From positions 63,364,001 through 63,428,000 of the forward strand of contig OX597831.1 in assembly GCA_951406725.2 (NCBI GenBank): DNA of 64,000 nucleotides. The letters are read 5' to 3'. The DNA comes from Octopus vulgaris (taxonomy: Eukaryota). The notes beneath the pieces are model-generated. The model was given only the letters and a program-made list of their open reading frames with translations, made no database searches and was not told the origin of the DNA. Below are positions 26,686 to 38,859 of the stretch, one piece after another. Both the position numbers and the translations under genes were made by a program. The stretch's first letter is position 1; each line of letters begins with the position of its first letter.

Positions 26686-27464
26686 ACGTATATATATACA
26701 TGTATGTGTGTGCGCGCGTGTGTGTGTGTTCACAAAAACATGTCGGGATTTGGGAAAAAAGAGGATTGTAGTCAATGAAACTGCTGTAAGTTTTGGGAGA
26801 TAAGACTGCGTTGGTGACAAGAAAAGAGAGGATTTGTAATAGATATGATACACAAATAGCTAACTCTGAGGAGCAGAGACGGTGTTGTTAACGGCGGAGA
26901 AAAAGTGAGTGAATGTCTCTGGGATAAATGTTAGAGTCTGTTGCTGAGTCAGTCCGTGACAATTAAGTGTTTGCTTTTTTTTCGCAAGCTCATTGGAGTT
27001 TTGGCGCATGGCAGCGGCACTTATATATGTGTTGTTGCAGTATTCTATACTGGGTTTCGGATGAACTTTGAAGGCCATCATAGCTACTCGGTTCAGAAGC
27101 ATTTTCTGACAGGCGCTAAGTATTAACATTTGGCTTTGTAAGGTAGGATCATATGTAGTTGTCAAGTTAAGATCATCACTGATTTTGGGGTCAAACATTA
27201 TGAACGTGCTTCAAGGTTTTAATTGCAATTTGTTCATGATTAGACATTGTTATATGGAAGAATTACTTATTATTCAAGCGATTGAAAAAGATAGGTAACT
27301 GAGTAATATATTCACGAAAATATTCACAAAATCTTCCAAATAACATTCATAACCAGTGCATCAAGTTTTGATTAGTTGTCTTTAGAAAATGTACCACACT
27401 CTATTGCATTAGAGAACGAATATGTTGCATAATTTCTAATTAAATGATTTATTTTTATTCAGAG

Positions 27465-27860
27465 ATGCAGGCGTGGCTGTGTGGATAGGCGCAGGCGAGG
27501 CTGTGTGGTAAGAAGCTAGCTTCCCAACCACGTGTTTCCGGGTTCAAGCCTACTGTGTGACACCTTGGGCAAGTGTCTTCTTCTACAGCCTCCGGCCTTG
27601 TGAATGGATTTGGTAGACGGAAACTGAAAAGAAGCCTGTCGTATGTGTGTGCGTGTGTGTTTGGGTGTTTGTGTTTGCCCCACCACCACCACCACCACCA
27701 CCACCATCGTCGCTTGACAACCGATGCTGGTGTGTTTATGTCCCACCACTTACCGGTTCGGCAAAAAGTGACCAATAGAATAAGTACTAGGTTTACAAAG
27801 AATAAGTCCTGGGGTCGAATTGACCGCAGTCAAATGATTGAAACAAGTAAAATAATAAAA
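27465..27860 (+). mobile_element. SINE family A copy
   Basis: Similarity to 2144-2560. Confidence 0.85.
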
Positions 27861-28294
27861 GCACAAAAGAAAGAATTTTTTACTACGATATTAAAAATTG
27901 AGTGCAATTGACTGGAATTAATAACACTTAAGCTTTTTCCAATATTTATAATGTATTAAAGATGCACTGGAAATTAGCGAATATATAGATGCGTGTAAAT
28001 TTACTTCAAAACTCCCCACCACCTTACTGGCAGAAGAAGTGCTGTAACATTAAATGATTTACACTTTATTTCCGCTAAATGATTATTCTAACATAACAAA
28101 ATATGCCTAGCCTTACCAAATGAAAATCTCCATGTTAAACACAGCTGCAGGAAATTATTAACAAAAATAAATCAAAACAAAGCTACGGAAGTTTTGTTCA
28201 TACATAAATAAAACTGCATGCGGGCTAACCTAATCATGTAACTCTGAAGAAATTAACCAAGCAGCAAAGTTCACCATCGCAAAATCTTCCCTAT

Positions 28295-28528
28295 ATTTAT
28301 TTCTTTACCCACAAGGAGCTAAACACAGAGGCGACAAACTAGTACAGACAAATGGATTAAGTCGATTACATCGACCCCAGTGCGTAAATGGTCCTTAATT
28401 TATCGACCCCAAAAGGATGAAAGGCAAAGTCGACTTCGGCGGAATTTAAACTCAGAACGTAACGGTAGACGAATTACGGCTACGCATTTCGCCCGGCGTG
28501 CTAACGTTTCTGCCAGCTCGCCGCCTTC
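28295..28528 (-). mobile_element. SINE family B copy with ~14-bp TSD
   Basis: AAAATCTTCCCTAT at 28281-28294 and AAAACCTTCCCTAT at 28529-28542. Confidence 0.88.
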
Positions 28529-28714
28529 AAAACCTTCCCTATGTTGATATTGGATCAATATAGGGAAGGTTAAATTTGAAATCCAATATTCTAGCCAGAA
28601 TTCTTTCTCCGCTTACACGAAAGTACAACAAATGTACCTCCACTGTATTTGAGCATTCAAAGAACGAGTAGAGTATCCATTCGGAAGTTCCCTGAAAGTG
28701 TTTATTTTTTCAAC

Positions 28715-29140
28715 AGGCGTAGGGAGTGGCTGTGTGGTAAGTAGCTTGCTTACCAAACACATGGTTCTGGCTTCAGTCCCACTCCGTGGCACCTTGGGCA
28801 GGTGTATTCTACTATATCCTGGGGCCGACCAAAAACCTTGTGAGTGGATTTGGTAGATGGAAACTGAAAGAAGCCTGTCGTATATATGTATATATGTATG
28901 CGTGTGTATGTGCTTGGGTGTCTGTATTTGTACCCCCCCCCCTAACATCGCTTGACAACCGATGCTGGTGTGTTTACGTACCCGTAACTTAGCGGTCTGG
29001 CAAAAGAGACCGATAGAATAAGCACTAGGCTTACATTACAAAGAACAAGTGCTGGGGTCGAATTGCTCGACTAAAGGCGCTGCTCCAGCATGGCCACAGT
29101 CAAATGACTGAAACAAGTAAAAGAGTAAGAGTAAAGAGTA
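28715..29140 (+). mobile_element. Full-length SINE family A copy
   Basis: Head, internal microsatellite and AAGAGT tail are all present. Confidence 0.9.
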
Positions 29141-29368
29141 AAGCTGTTAATATGCACTCTTTCATAACTGGATGGATCTATTATGCAATAATAGATCCAC
29201 CATCACTTTTCCATCCTTTACAATTTCCCATTCTTTACAATTTCAATTTTATTAAAATTTTACTATCTTTAGACTTACATTTCTAAATTTATAATCAAAG
29301 TAGCACATTATTTTAATATTCTAAAATTTTAACTATACTCCATTACCTTTTGAAAGAGTGTAAATTAC

Positions 29369-29403
<35 letters not shown>

Positions 29404-29524
29404 GTAGGTAGGTAGGTAGGTAGGTAGGTAGGTAGGTAGGTAGGTAGGTAGGTAGGTAGGTAGGTATGTAGGTAGATAAATAGATAGATAAATAGATAAG
29501 TAGGTGGGTAGGTAGGTAGGCAGG

Positions 29525-29619
<95 letters not shown>

Positions 29620-29652
29620 GTGGGTAGGTAGGTAGGCAGGTAGATAGATAGG

Positions 29653-29707
<55 letters not shown>

Positions 29708-29756
29708 GTAAGTAGGTAGGTAGGTAGATAGATTGATAGATAGGTAGTTAGGTAGG

Positions 29757-29850
<94 letters not shown>
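29369..29850. repeat. (GATA)n/(GGTA)n tract
   Basis: Direct reading. Confidence 0.97.
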
Positions 29851-30155
29851 TGTTTCTTTATTAACCACACAGGGCTGCACACAGACAGGACAGATTACAA
29901 AGTAGAGTTTTTCTTTTTGGGGAGAAAAAAAAGTGGGTAGGTTTTCGATCAAAAGGGATCGTAAAAGGGAAAGAAACAAAAAGAAAAGATCAATAGGGAT
30001 CGTGTATCACAGAAATGTCATGATGTAAAGTATAAAGGGGGAAGCAGATAAGATTTATCCGTGGAAAGAAAAGCCTACGGAAAAGACCACGGTAACCTCG
30101 GTCAATAATGTTACATGTTACCAGATTTGTTTGCGAGTGGATAACCCTCTGTTTT
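29850..30155 (-). mobile_element. Tx1-like LINE copy reduced to its 3' UTR
   Basis: Reverse complement matches 33810-34270, including GTGCAGCCCTGTGTGG...AATAAAGAAAC. Confidence 0.85.
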
Positions 30156-30600
30156 AAATTTTTCGGTACGCTCATTTTAACACTTATCACCTATTTTACC
30201 GTTACTTTTGCTAACCCAAAGGGAAATAACTCACCCAGAACAGTTTCTAACGAATACGTAATATGTTACGATAACTATCTCTTGTTTCAACGTTTGTTGA
30301 AATAGAACTTGATATCACCATATTACACTACTCTGGTTCAGATCTCCGACACACTCCAATGATTAGTATAGCTGGATATCTTTTCTGCAGTATGAAAGGC
30401 GTAGTCATAGAGTTAACTACGTTTCAAATATTCTCATTTTGATCGTAACAATCTTATATATACATAAGCACAAAAAGATATGTATGTGCAAGTGTGTATG
30501 AATGTATATATGTGTGCATGAATACTATGTACGCATATATATGTGTTTGTATGTGTGTACATATATACAGTTTCATCTTAGCCAAAAGAACGAGAATTGA

Positions 30601-30636
<36 letters not shown>

Positions 30637-31467
30637 TGTATGTGTTCGTGCGCGTATATGTATGTATGTTTGTGTGTGTGTATATGCATAATGTGTGGGG
30701 GTGACGTAAACACGCGATCTGGCCTCAATGAGTAAATAACGTGGTTATATGACTTTTTTTTCTCTGAGACTTTAAATTAAATTTTTAAAATGTTTAAATC
30801 ACTATAATAACAACCCATGCAAGCTCACACATACACACTCACATACAATCACTCTCTCATACACAAACACGCATGTATGTATGTATGTATGTATGTATGT
30901 ATGTATGTATGTATGTATGTATGTATGTATGTATTTATGTATGTGTTTCTGTGTTTCTGTATGTATATATGTATGTATGTATGCATGTATGTATTTAAGT
31001 ATGCGTTTCTGTGTTTCTGTATGCATGTATGTATGTATGTATGTATGTATGTATGTATGTATGTATGTATGTATGTATGTGTTTACGTACGTATTGGTAT
31101 TGCAGACATTCCTGTGGAGTGAATAATAAAAAAACTAGCGATTACAATTGCAGATACTTAAAACTTGATATCCTGTTATTAGCATTCATCAATATTCAAT
31201 ATTATCAGCTATATTCTAAATTTATGAGCAACATTTCCATGCGTATATCATGGTGATACTATTGACAATAAAACCATTTTATTGTATTCCATTTTTTTTT
31301 CTTCTCTATCTCTTCCTTTAAAATTCAATTAAGGTTTTGTCGGTGTATATATCTCGGGTCATCCCATAAATTCTGTCCGAATTTTGGACAAAGAATACAA
31401 ATGATCAAATGTTGTATTTAATTGAAAGTTAATCATCAATGTACTTTCCCTGATTATCTATGACTTA

Positions 31468-34272
31468 CAGGCGCAACAGGGCAACAAAGCCACCATTCGG
31501 TCCCTGGTAGATGAACAGGGGCGCGAATTGCTCGAGCCAAGTAAAATGTGTGAGGCCTTTCAGCAGCATTTTGCCCGACTGTTCGGGACGAGTGGAGGGC
31601 AAGAACGTAGGGTGGACTTCAGTGCCTACCTACATAGCCTACCACGACTCTCGACAAGAAAGGCAGGGTACTGCGAAGGTGCCATCACGGCGGCGGAAGT
31701 GCAGGAGGCGATGGCAGAATGCTCGAGGGACAAATCACCGGGTTTGGATGGTCTACCCTACGAGCTTTACAACTGTATGCCAGACTTGTTTGGAGATCTC
31801 TTGGCGGCGGTGTACTGCAACTGGCAGCAAAATGGGAGCATTCCTGGTTTTGTGAGCCGAGGACCCGTAACACTGCTGAAGAAAGATCTAAACAAGGGAA
31901 ATGTAATAGATAACTTTAGGCCCATCACTCTGCTTAATGCAGACTTGAAAATTTTGGCCAAGGTGCTAGCCAAGATGTTGGCGCTTGTCATCGAGAAACT
32001 GGTCGACAAGGCGCAAACATGCGCCGTGCCGGGCCGGACCATCCATGACAACCTCTACCTGATACGCTACATCATAGACAGGGTGGTTAACGAACCTGGC
32101 ATGGGTGGGGCGCTGATCAATTTGGATCAATCGAAAGCCTTCGATAGGGTGGACCATCGATACTTGGAGGCGGTCCTCAGAGCGGCTGGCTTCGGTCCCG
32201 TCTTCCGCCGCTGGATAGCCGCTTTGTACAGAGGCATCCGTTCGGTAATTCGCGTTAATGGACATCTATCGAGACCCTTCGAAATCGCACGTTCGGTCCG
32301 TCAGGAATGCCCCCTCTCGTCGCTTCTATACGTATTGACTCTCGAGCCATTATTGCGGAAGCTGGCAACTATGAGGGGCATCCCGCGAGAACTGGGATGC
32401 GGGACGAGCGTATCTGCATACGCGGACGACGTCACCGTCATAGAGTCTAGCCACGAGCACATCGAGCAGGTCGGCGAGACACTGAAAAACTACGAAGCGG
32501 TGACAGGAGCGAAAATCAACCGGGAAAAGTCAGTGGGCTTGCGACTAGTCACCTGGAGAAGCAAGCCCATGCCGTCCACCAGCGCCTCCGTCGTGGGACG
32601 CTGGACCGACGGCCCGGTTGAGTTGCTCGGGGTCTGGTTTGGTCCGGACCTCCAAGTGGAGAAGAACTGGAACGAGATAACGAGTAGGGCGGTCACTCTC
32701 GCCCGGCAATGGACCGAGAGGAAACTGTCCCTAAAAGGTCGGGCGGAGGTGGCGAACACGTACATCGCGTCCGTCATCTACAACTGCCTGACCGTGCCTT
32801 GTCCCGACCCTACCATCACCAAACTACAACGCATTCTCTTTCGCTTCTTGTGGAAAGGATGCGTCCCGATGGTCAGGCGATCCATTTGCTGTCAACACCC
32901 GTTAAAAGGAGGACTGGGCATGCCGTGGTTGATGATGCGCAGACACGCGCTGAGACTGCGACATCTCAGGCTCTTCGTAGACGACGGTGAACAGGTGTGG
33001 TCGCCGTTTGTGAGGCACGCTTTCCCGCAGCTCGTCTCCATGACCGAACTGCAGTTGTGGATCAAAAAGAGGCCGAGGAAGGGCGAATGGCACCGCGAGT
33101 GTCACGTTGCTCTCAAACAACTCTGCCGTCCTGGGTCGACCTTGAGTGACTTCATCACAACCAAAGCATTCTATAGGGGATTAGTGGAGGGGAGGTACGA
33201 CGACGAGCTCGGGGCGAACCTGGACGTCGACGAGGAGTACCTGACCCGCCTATTCGGGACGACTTTTGGGCCAGGGCCCATGGACAACTTCCAGAGATCC
33301 CTGGCCTGGCAGTGCTACCGAGAAGCGCTACCCGTTCGGGATAAGCTCTACAGACACGGCTCAAGAAACACGGGGCCGACCTGCCCGAGATGTGGTCAGA
33401 GCGACGAAACCGTTCTGCACGCACTCGTGCAGTGTCCAACAATTTCCGACCTGTGGGCTTATGTCGAACAACTGCTGTCACGTGTGGGACGAATCGGTTT
33501 ATCAGCTGAGTCTATCGTCAATATTGTCACGCCTCCTTCCTTCAAACGGGAAGGAAGAGCTATTTTCATCATCCTTGTGGCTATGGCGAAAGAATGTATC
33601 TGGTGGACGCGTCTGAAAGGATTGGAGACAAACACTTTCCTCTCTGATCAATCTCTCATCAACTTCTTCAAGTACCACTTGAAAAGGAAAGTGAGAGTAG
33701 AGAGGCAAGTTTTGTCTAGCGAATGTTTTAAAAAAAGATGGATGAATGTAGCAAGGATGGCACGTATGAATGACGAAGCCACCTTGAGCATAATCCTATG
33801 AACCCAAAAATTGAAAACAGAGGGTTACCCACTTGCAAACAAATGTGGTAACATATAACAATATTGACCAAGGTTACCGTGGTCTTTTTCGTAGGCTTTT
33901 CTTCCCGCGGATAAACCTTACTTTACACCATATATCATAACACTGTGATACACGATCCCTATTGATCGTTTTTTTTCCTCTTTCCCTTTTTTCCCCTTTT
34001 TTCTTCTTTTTTCATTTCTCTTTTCTTTTGTTCCTTTTCCTTTTCTTTTTTTTATTTTTATTTTTTTATTTTTTATTTTACTTTTATTTTATTTTTTATT
34101 TTTTATTATTTGTTCTTTTCTTCCCTTTTACGATCCCTCTTGATCGAAAACCTACGCCACCCCCTTTTTTTGTTTCTTTTGTTTTTTGTTTCTTTCATCC
34201 CCGAAAAGAAAAGCTCTACCTTGTAACTTGTCCCATCTGTGTGCAGCCCTGTGTGGCCAATAAAGAAACTTA
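31468..34272 (+). mobile_element. 5'-truncated Tx1/L1-like non-LTR retrotransposon
   Basis: GC-rich open ORF2, then a T-rich 3' UTR ending AATAAAGAAAC. Confidence 0.92.
31528..33801 (+). CDS. Tx1/L1-like ORF2: reverse transcriptase plus C-terminal zinc knuckle, endonuclease lost by truncation
   Basis: KSPGLDG, FRPITLLNADLKIL, LDQSKAFDRVDH, RQECPLS (G>E in QG), YADD, GGLGMP, CPRC...H...C. The frame is open from about 31468. Confidence 0.9.
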   Translation: MLEPSKMCEAFQQHFARLFGTSGGQERRVDFSAYLHSLPRLSTRKAGYCEGAITAAEVQEAMAECSRDKSPGLDGLPYELYNCMPDLFGDLLAAVYCNWQQNGSIPGFVSRGPVTLLKKDLNKGNVIDNFRPITLLNADLKILAKVLAKMLALVIEKLVDKAQTCAVPGRTIHDNLYLIRYIIDRVVNEPGMGGALINLDQSKAFDRVDHRYLEAVLRAAGFGPVFRRWIAALYRGIRSVIRVNGHLSRPFEIARSVRQECPLSSLLYVLTLEPLLRKLATMRGIPRELGCGTSVSAYADDVTVIESSHEHIEQVGETLKNYEAVTGAKINREKSVGLRLVTWRSKPMPSTSASVVGRWTDGPVELLGVWFGPDLQVEKNWNEITSRAVTLARQWTERKLSLKGRAEVANTYIASVIYNCLTVPCPDPTITKLQRILFRFLWKGCVPMVRRSICCQHPLKGGLGMPWLMMRRHALRLRHLRLFVDDGEQVWSPFVRHAFPQLVSMTELQLWIKKRPRKGEWHRECHVALKQLCRPGSTLSDFITTKAFYRGLVEGRYDDELGANLDVDEEYLTRLFGTTFGPGPMDNFQRSLAWQCYREALPVRDKLYRHGSRNTGPTCPRCGQSDETVLHALVQCPTISDLWAYVEQLLSRVGRIGLSAESIVNIVTPPSFKREGRAIFIILVAMAKECIWWTRLKGLETNTFLSDQSLINFFKYHLKRKVRVERQVLSSECFKKRWMNVARMARMNDEATLSIIL

Positions 34273-34974
34273 TTTACAAGCTTTTCAATCCCATCAATGT
34301 AAAACTCTTTTGGTTTCAAAGCGAAGAACTCTGAAATGTCAGGTTCAACCTCCTCCTGGCTTGCGAAAGTTGTGTCCCCCTAATAATTCTGTAAACTATG
34401 AAACAAATGGTAGTCTGAAGGTGCAAGGTCGGGAGAATAAGGTGGATGAAGAAATTTTTCCCAATCGACCTCTTCGATCTTCTGTGATGTAATCTTTGCA
34501 GTGTGGGGTTGCGCATTGTCCTGATGAAACATCACTCATTTTCGACTCACTAAAGCGGCTCTTTTTTCCTTCAAACCTTGGTTCAAACGCTCTAATTGCT
34601 GACAGAAGACTTGAGCATTGATTGTTGCATTAGGTGGTAACAATATAAAGTGAATTACACCTTTGCAATCGCACCAGATAGAGAGAAGAACCTTTTTCCC
34701 ATGAAGTTCCCTTCTCGGTTGTGGTTGAGCATTTTCCCTTTTACCAAGCCACTGTTTACGACGTTTAACATTTCGATAGAAAATCCATTTTTCATCACAA
34801 GTCTATCGAAAAAGGGTGAAATGAGTTTGCGAGAATGGAGAGAAGAGCAGATGCCAACTCGGGATTTGCGGTTGCTTTCGGACAATACATAAGGCACCTA
34901 TTTTCCAAGTTTAGGAATCTTACCACCTTCTTGAAGATGACGATGAACTGTTGTATGGTTTGGACTAAGCTTTA

Positions 34975-35125
34975 TTGGTTCGTTTGGGTTCGTTTAGTCC
35001 CGTTTGGCTCGGTTTGGTTCGGTCCGGTTTGGTCCGGTTTGGTTTGTTGCGGTCAGGTTTGGTCCGGTTTGGTTCGGTCTGGTTTGGTCTGGTTTGTTTC
35101 GGTCCGGTTTGGTCCGGTTTGGTTG
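34975..35125. repeat. (GGTTT/GGTCC)n pentamer repeat
   Basis: Direct reading. Confidence 0.9.
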
Positions 35126-35295
35126 AAACCTACTAGAATATCATAGATTATATATATCTAGTCAGTTCCGTCCAATTTTACCTTTTTTTTTAGATTTGAA
35201 TGAAATTTAATAGTATTTGAAAATGTCTAATTCAATTAAAAATTATTTTTATGCATTTGTGTACGTTTAAACTAATTAAGTATTTACAAAATAAT

Positions 35296-35620
35296 AGACG
35301 GTGTCCACAAAGTCTGCGTACACATACTTTTAAAACAAAACAATTTTATTTAATTATAATGTTAATAAATAATATTTTCAAAGTGATTTCCATAACTTGA
35401 TGCGCCTTGCAGCATTCAGGTGAACTTGATTAAATAAGTCTACATTGCCATCAGTTTCAGCACACTGACTGGTAATGCGTTCTTTCATGTGTTTTAAATC
35501 TGCAAACTTCCTCTTTGAACATACACCAGAAAAAGAAATCAAGGGGAGAAAGGTCAGGTGAACGAGGGTACCTTTCCATATGACCCCTTCTTAGCAATGA
35601 GGAACAGAAGTAACAGTGAA
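35296..35620 (-). mobile_element. Tc1/mariner 3' fragment
   Basis: YPRSPDLSPLDFFFWCMFKEEV motif. Confidence 0.7.
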
Positions 35621-37939
35621 ATAATTGTCCAATAGAAATGGAAAAGCGTTTGTTTCTCATTCTTCTGGGTTTTTTTGTTTTGTTGCAGTTATAATATATT
35701 TCTAGTAGCAATAGAGAAGAGGTGTAAGATACTAAGATGTCTTAGTAATAAAATAAACATTTTTCATACATCTTGGTATTATAGCAACTGAATAACAATG
35801 ATTATATTGTCGTTTTATAAGTTGAAAGAGTTTAGTATGGGCGGTGCCACACTCATTTCCTACAATAAAATAAAGAAACAATCCTAGTGTATTACCATCA
35901 ATTATTTTATCGGCCACTTATAAAGGTGCATGTAATGTGTTTTTAGTAAGATTTGAATGCAGAATATTTTCCTACCGAACGAGAAATTTTAACATCGACC
36001 CCGAGGTTGTAATAAACCTGTTTTCCTACACCATATTCAAATGTTTACATTAGCTATACAAATGAAGATTCTATAACCGTGCGGATCTTGATAAACATTG
36101 TCTTCAACAACTCATTCACTCTGCAGACATTTATATTTCCTTCTCTAAATATTTATGGTATTCTTATGCGTTTTCGTTTACCGGTATATCAGAATATTAA
36201 AACTGTATTGCTTTAAAGTAATATATCATTTCTTCATCTGACATACATTTTCCGGTTAGTTACATCGCATATATGATTTATATATCTTATCTTTTCATTA
36301 TCAACAAAATATTGCATATATAACCCTAATAGCTTTTCTTATGATTAAAACAGCTGTAAAAACACGCCTTTGACAAAGCAACGTAATCCCATAAAGATGG
36401 AGTCAACAAACACCTGCATGAAATATCCCCAACAAGTTAACTCTGTCATTTGCAAAGCAGGAGAACCAGGCTCATAACATTACCACCAATACCAAACTAA
36501 ACATCCAGTCTGTTCAATGGATCCACAAATCCAGTATCAACAGGCAAGAAATTTGACCTCAAACTGCCTATTATTGCAGTTGGTTTATTATAAACAAGTC
36601 CAGTAAGGTTAGATTACAAGACGACTTCATAAAATGTGAGTATGCTTTAGAAGTAAAATTTTTAATCACTTCCTCTAAGATTTAGTCCCGGTAAGATAGC
36701 TTACCATAGATAGCTTACCATTGCGTGGGCAAATTTTTTAAATTGTGCAGACGCGAGATAATCCTAAAACCGTAAACAAAAGATTTTGTGAAATCAAGGT
36801 AATTTTCAAATACAAAATTAAAACAATCCAACTTCTTTGATGACAAAAGATTTGCAGCATTTTTACACGTCAATTTACTTCAGTCTTCTTCAGTCAGGCG
36901 AAATTCCAGTTTATGCTCTGTTCTGATAGAATATTTGTTTAGACCTATGAATGCAAACGTGCACAAAAGATTCACCGACTCATTCTCAATTGAAGTGGCT
37001 TCCTTCGTGTGATTCATAATTTTATCGGAATATAATAATGAATTCTTCTTGCTATATAGATTAAAGTATGAAGTTAATGGAGTTCATTCCCTTCACAAAA
37101 CCGAGCTATACGTTCCATTAAATTTCAAGTAAGCATGAATACTGGAATGAGAAAACAGGAAGTAGAACCATCTGTGCTTTTCCCAAAAACCTTATAAACG
37201 TTAGAGAATTGAAACATTTATAAGCAGAAATCGAAATCCATTTGTAGTTTTCATTCTGTTGACGATCTTCGTAACAATATCGATTTCTCACCACTGTTTA
37301 AGGTCCAAAATCTGTAAAACAGACTATAATTCGACTAAACCTGCTCAATATATGCATAGTTTGTACATATTTTATCACCCAGATAGTGGATAAGATTCAT
37401 AATCAGGATTTTGAGGGGAGAAACTAAATAATGCAGGCATTTTATCCACTGATCAACGATAAGTGCCTAACGTTACCACAAGTCAGACATTCACATATGC
37501 ACATTATCATCTCTGGAAAAATTATAATTGTTCCTAATGAAGAAACAAATCCAAATCTTTGCAAGAAGGAAACTGACAACTAAAGCGATGGTCTCTTGGT
37601 ACTTCTTTACAACTACCCCTAAAAGAATGAAATGTGAAGTTGACATTAACGTTATTTGAACAGAAAGCAGAGTGTCGAAATGTAATTGCTTTAAAATAAT
37701 GTACGTAAATATTTGCTTTCCTAAAATAGGCACCAAGAAAGATTTTTGGAAGAAACATTCGATTCAGTCAACTCGAGCAAGTTATTGGCGCTTTATCTTA
37801 TCGATCCTGTAAGAGCAATTGCATAGTTGACTTTGACCGGCTTGAATGCAGAAAGTAAAAATCCAGAAGGATCACCGCAAGGCTGCCGACTCCGATAATT
37901 AATCGGTTTGGAATACTAATAATTGTAATGATACTGCCT

Positions 37940-38583
37940 TCAAATTTTGGCACAAAGGCTGAAATCTGTGAGGAAGGGGTCTAGTGAATTACACCGACCC
38001 AGGTACTCAAGCGGTACTTAATTTATCGTGCCTGAAATGATAACAGGTAAAGTCAACCACAGCGGAATTTCAACCAGAGACATTGTGTCCAACGGGCTAA
38101 CGATTCTGACAGCTCGCCGTTGTAATAACAATGGTTTCAAATTTTGGCACAAGGACAGTAATTTCAGGGGAGGGGATAAGCTGATTACATCGAATCCAGA
38201 ACTCAGCTGCTACTTATTTTATAGACGCCCAAATAGATTAAAGGTAAAGTCTATCTCTTCGAAATTTGAACTCATGACGTACAGACGGACAAAATGTCGC
38301 TAAGCATTGTTGCACGAAGTGATGGCGATTCCTCCACCTCACCACCTTCACCGCCGTAATAATAATAAAATTGAAATAATCCGTTGTAATATAGACGCAA
38401 AGTTTGAAATTTTGGTAGGAGAGGAGTGGTCTATTATATCAACTCAATTACATCGCTCAACTGGAAGGTATTTTATCGGTCCCGAAAGGATGAAAGTCAA
38501 AGTCGACCTTGGACAGTAAAGACGGACGAATTACTGCTAAGCATTTTGTTCGGCGCGCTAAATATTCTACCAGCTCGCCGCCT
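37940..38583 (-). mobile_element. Cluster of three degenerate SINE family B copies
   Basis: Repeated AAATTTTGGCACAA...GTACTTAATTTATCG...AAAGTCGACC...CAGCTCGCCG motifs. Confidence 0.7.
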
Positions 38584-38587
<4 letters not shown>

Positions 38588-38666
<79 letters not shown>

Positions 38667-38764
38667 AAGACGAAGAAGAAGAAGAAGAAGAAGAAGAAGA
38701 AGAAGAAGAAGAAGAAGAAGAAGAAGAAGAAGAAGAAGAAGAAGAAGAAGAAGAAGAAGAAGCA

Positions 38765-38826
<62 letters not shown>
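38588..38826. repeat. (TAA)n-(GAA)n-(GAT)n compound tract
   Basis: Direct reading. Confidence 0.97.
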
Positions 38827-38859
38827 ATAGACGACTTACCTACACATGCATTGTAGCAA

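Larger units (their letters stand above)
31352..34970 (-). mobile_element. Mariner (DD34D) relic split by the Tx1-like insertion; pieces at 31352-31467 and ~34270-34970
   Basis: Minus-strand motifs TCDEKWIFY, FHQDNAQPHT, HPPYSPDLAPSDYHLF and KEFYIDGIEKL, resuming as VIDNQGKYIDD* on the far side of the LINE. Confidence 0.85.

Noticed and set aside
28533-28569. Small hairpin next to a SINE TSD
   Set aside because: It is short, isolated and carries no further motif.
34521-34535. CTGATGAAAC as a hammerhead core
   Set aside because: It is the antisense of mariner FHQD codons and has no stem II.
34975-35125. CRISPR-like or functional array
   Set aside because: It is a simple pentamer satellite with no spacers, in a eukaryotic context.
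35750-37760. Unique AT-rich stretch with short hydrophobic ORFs
   Set aside because: No motif was recognised, and ORF lengths are as expected by chance.
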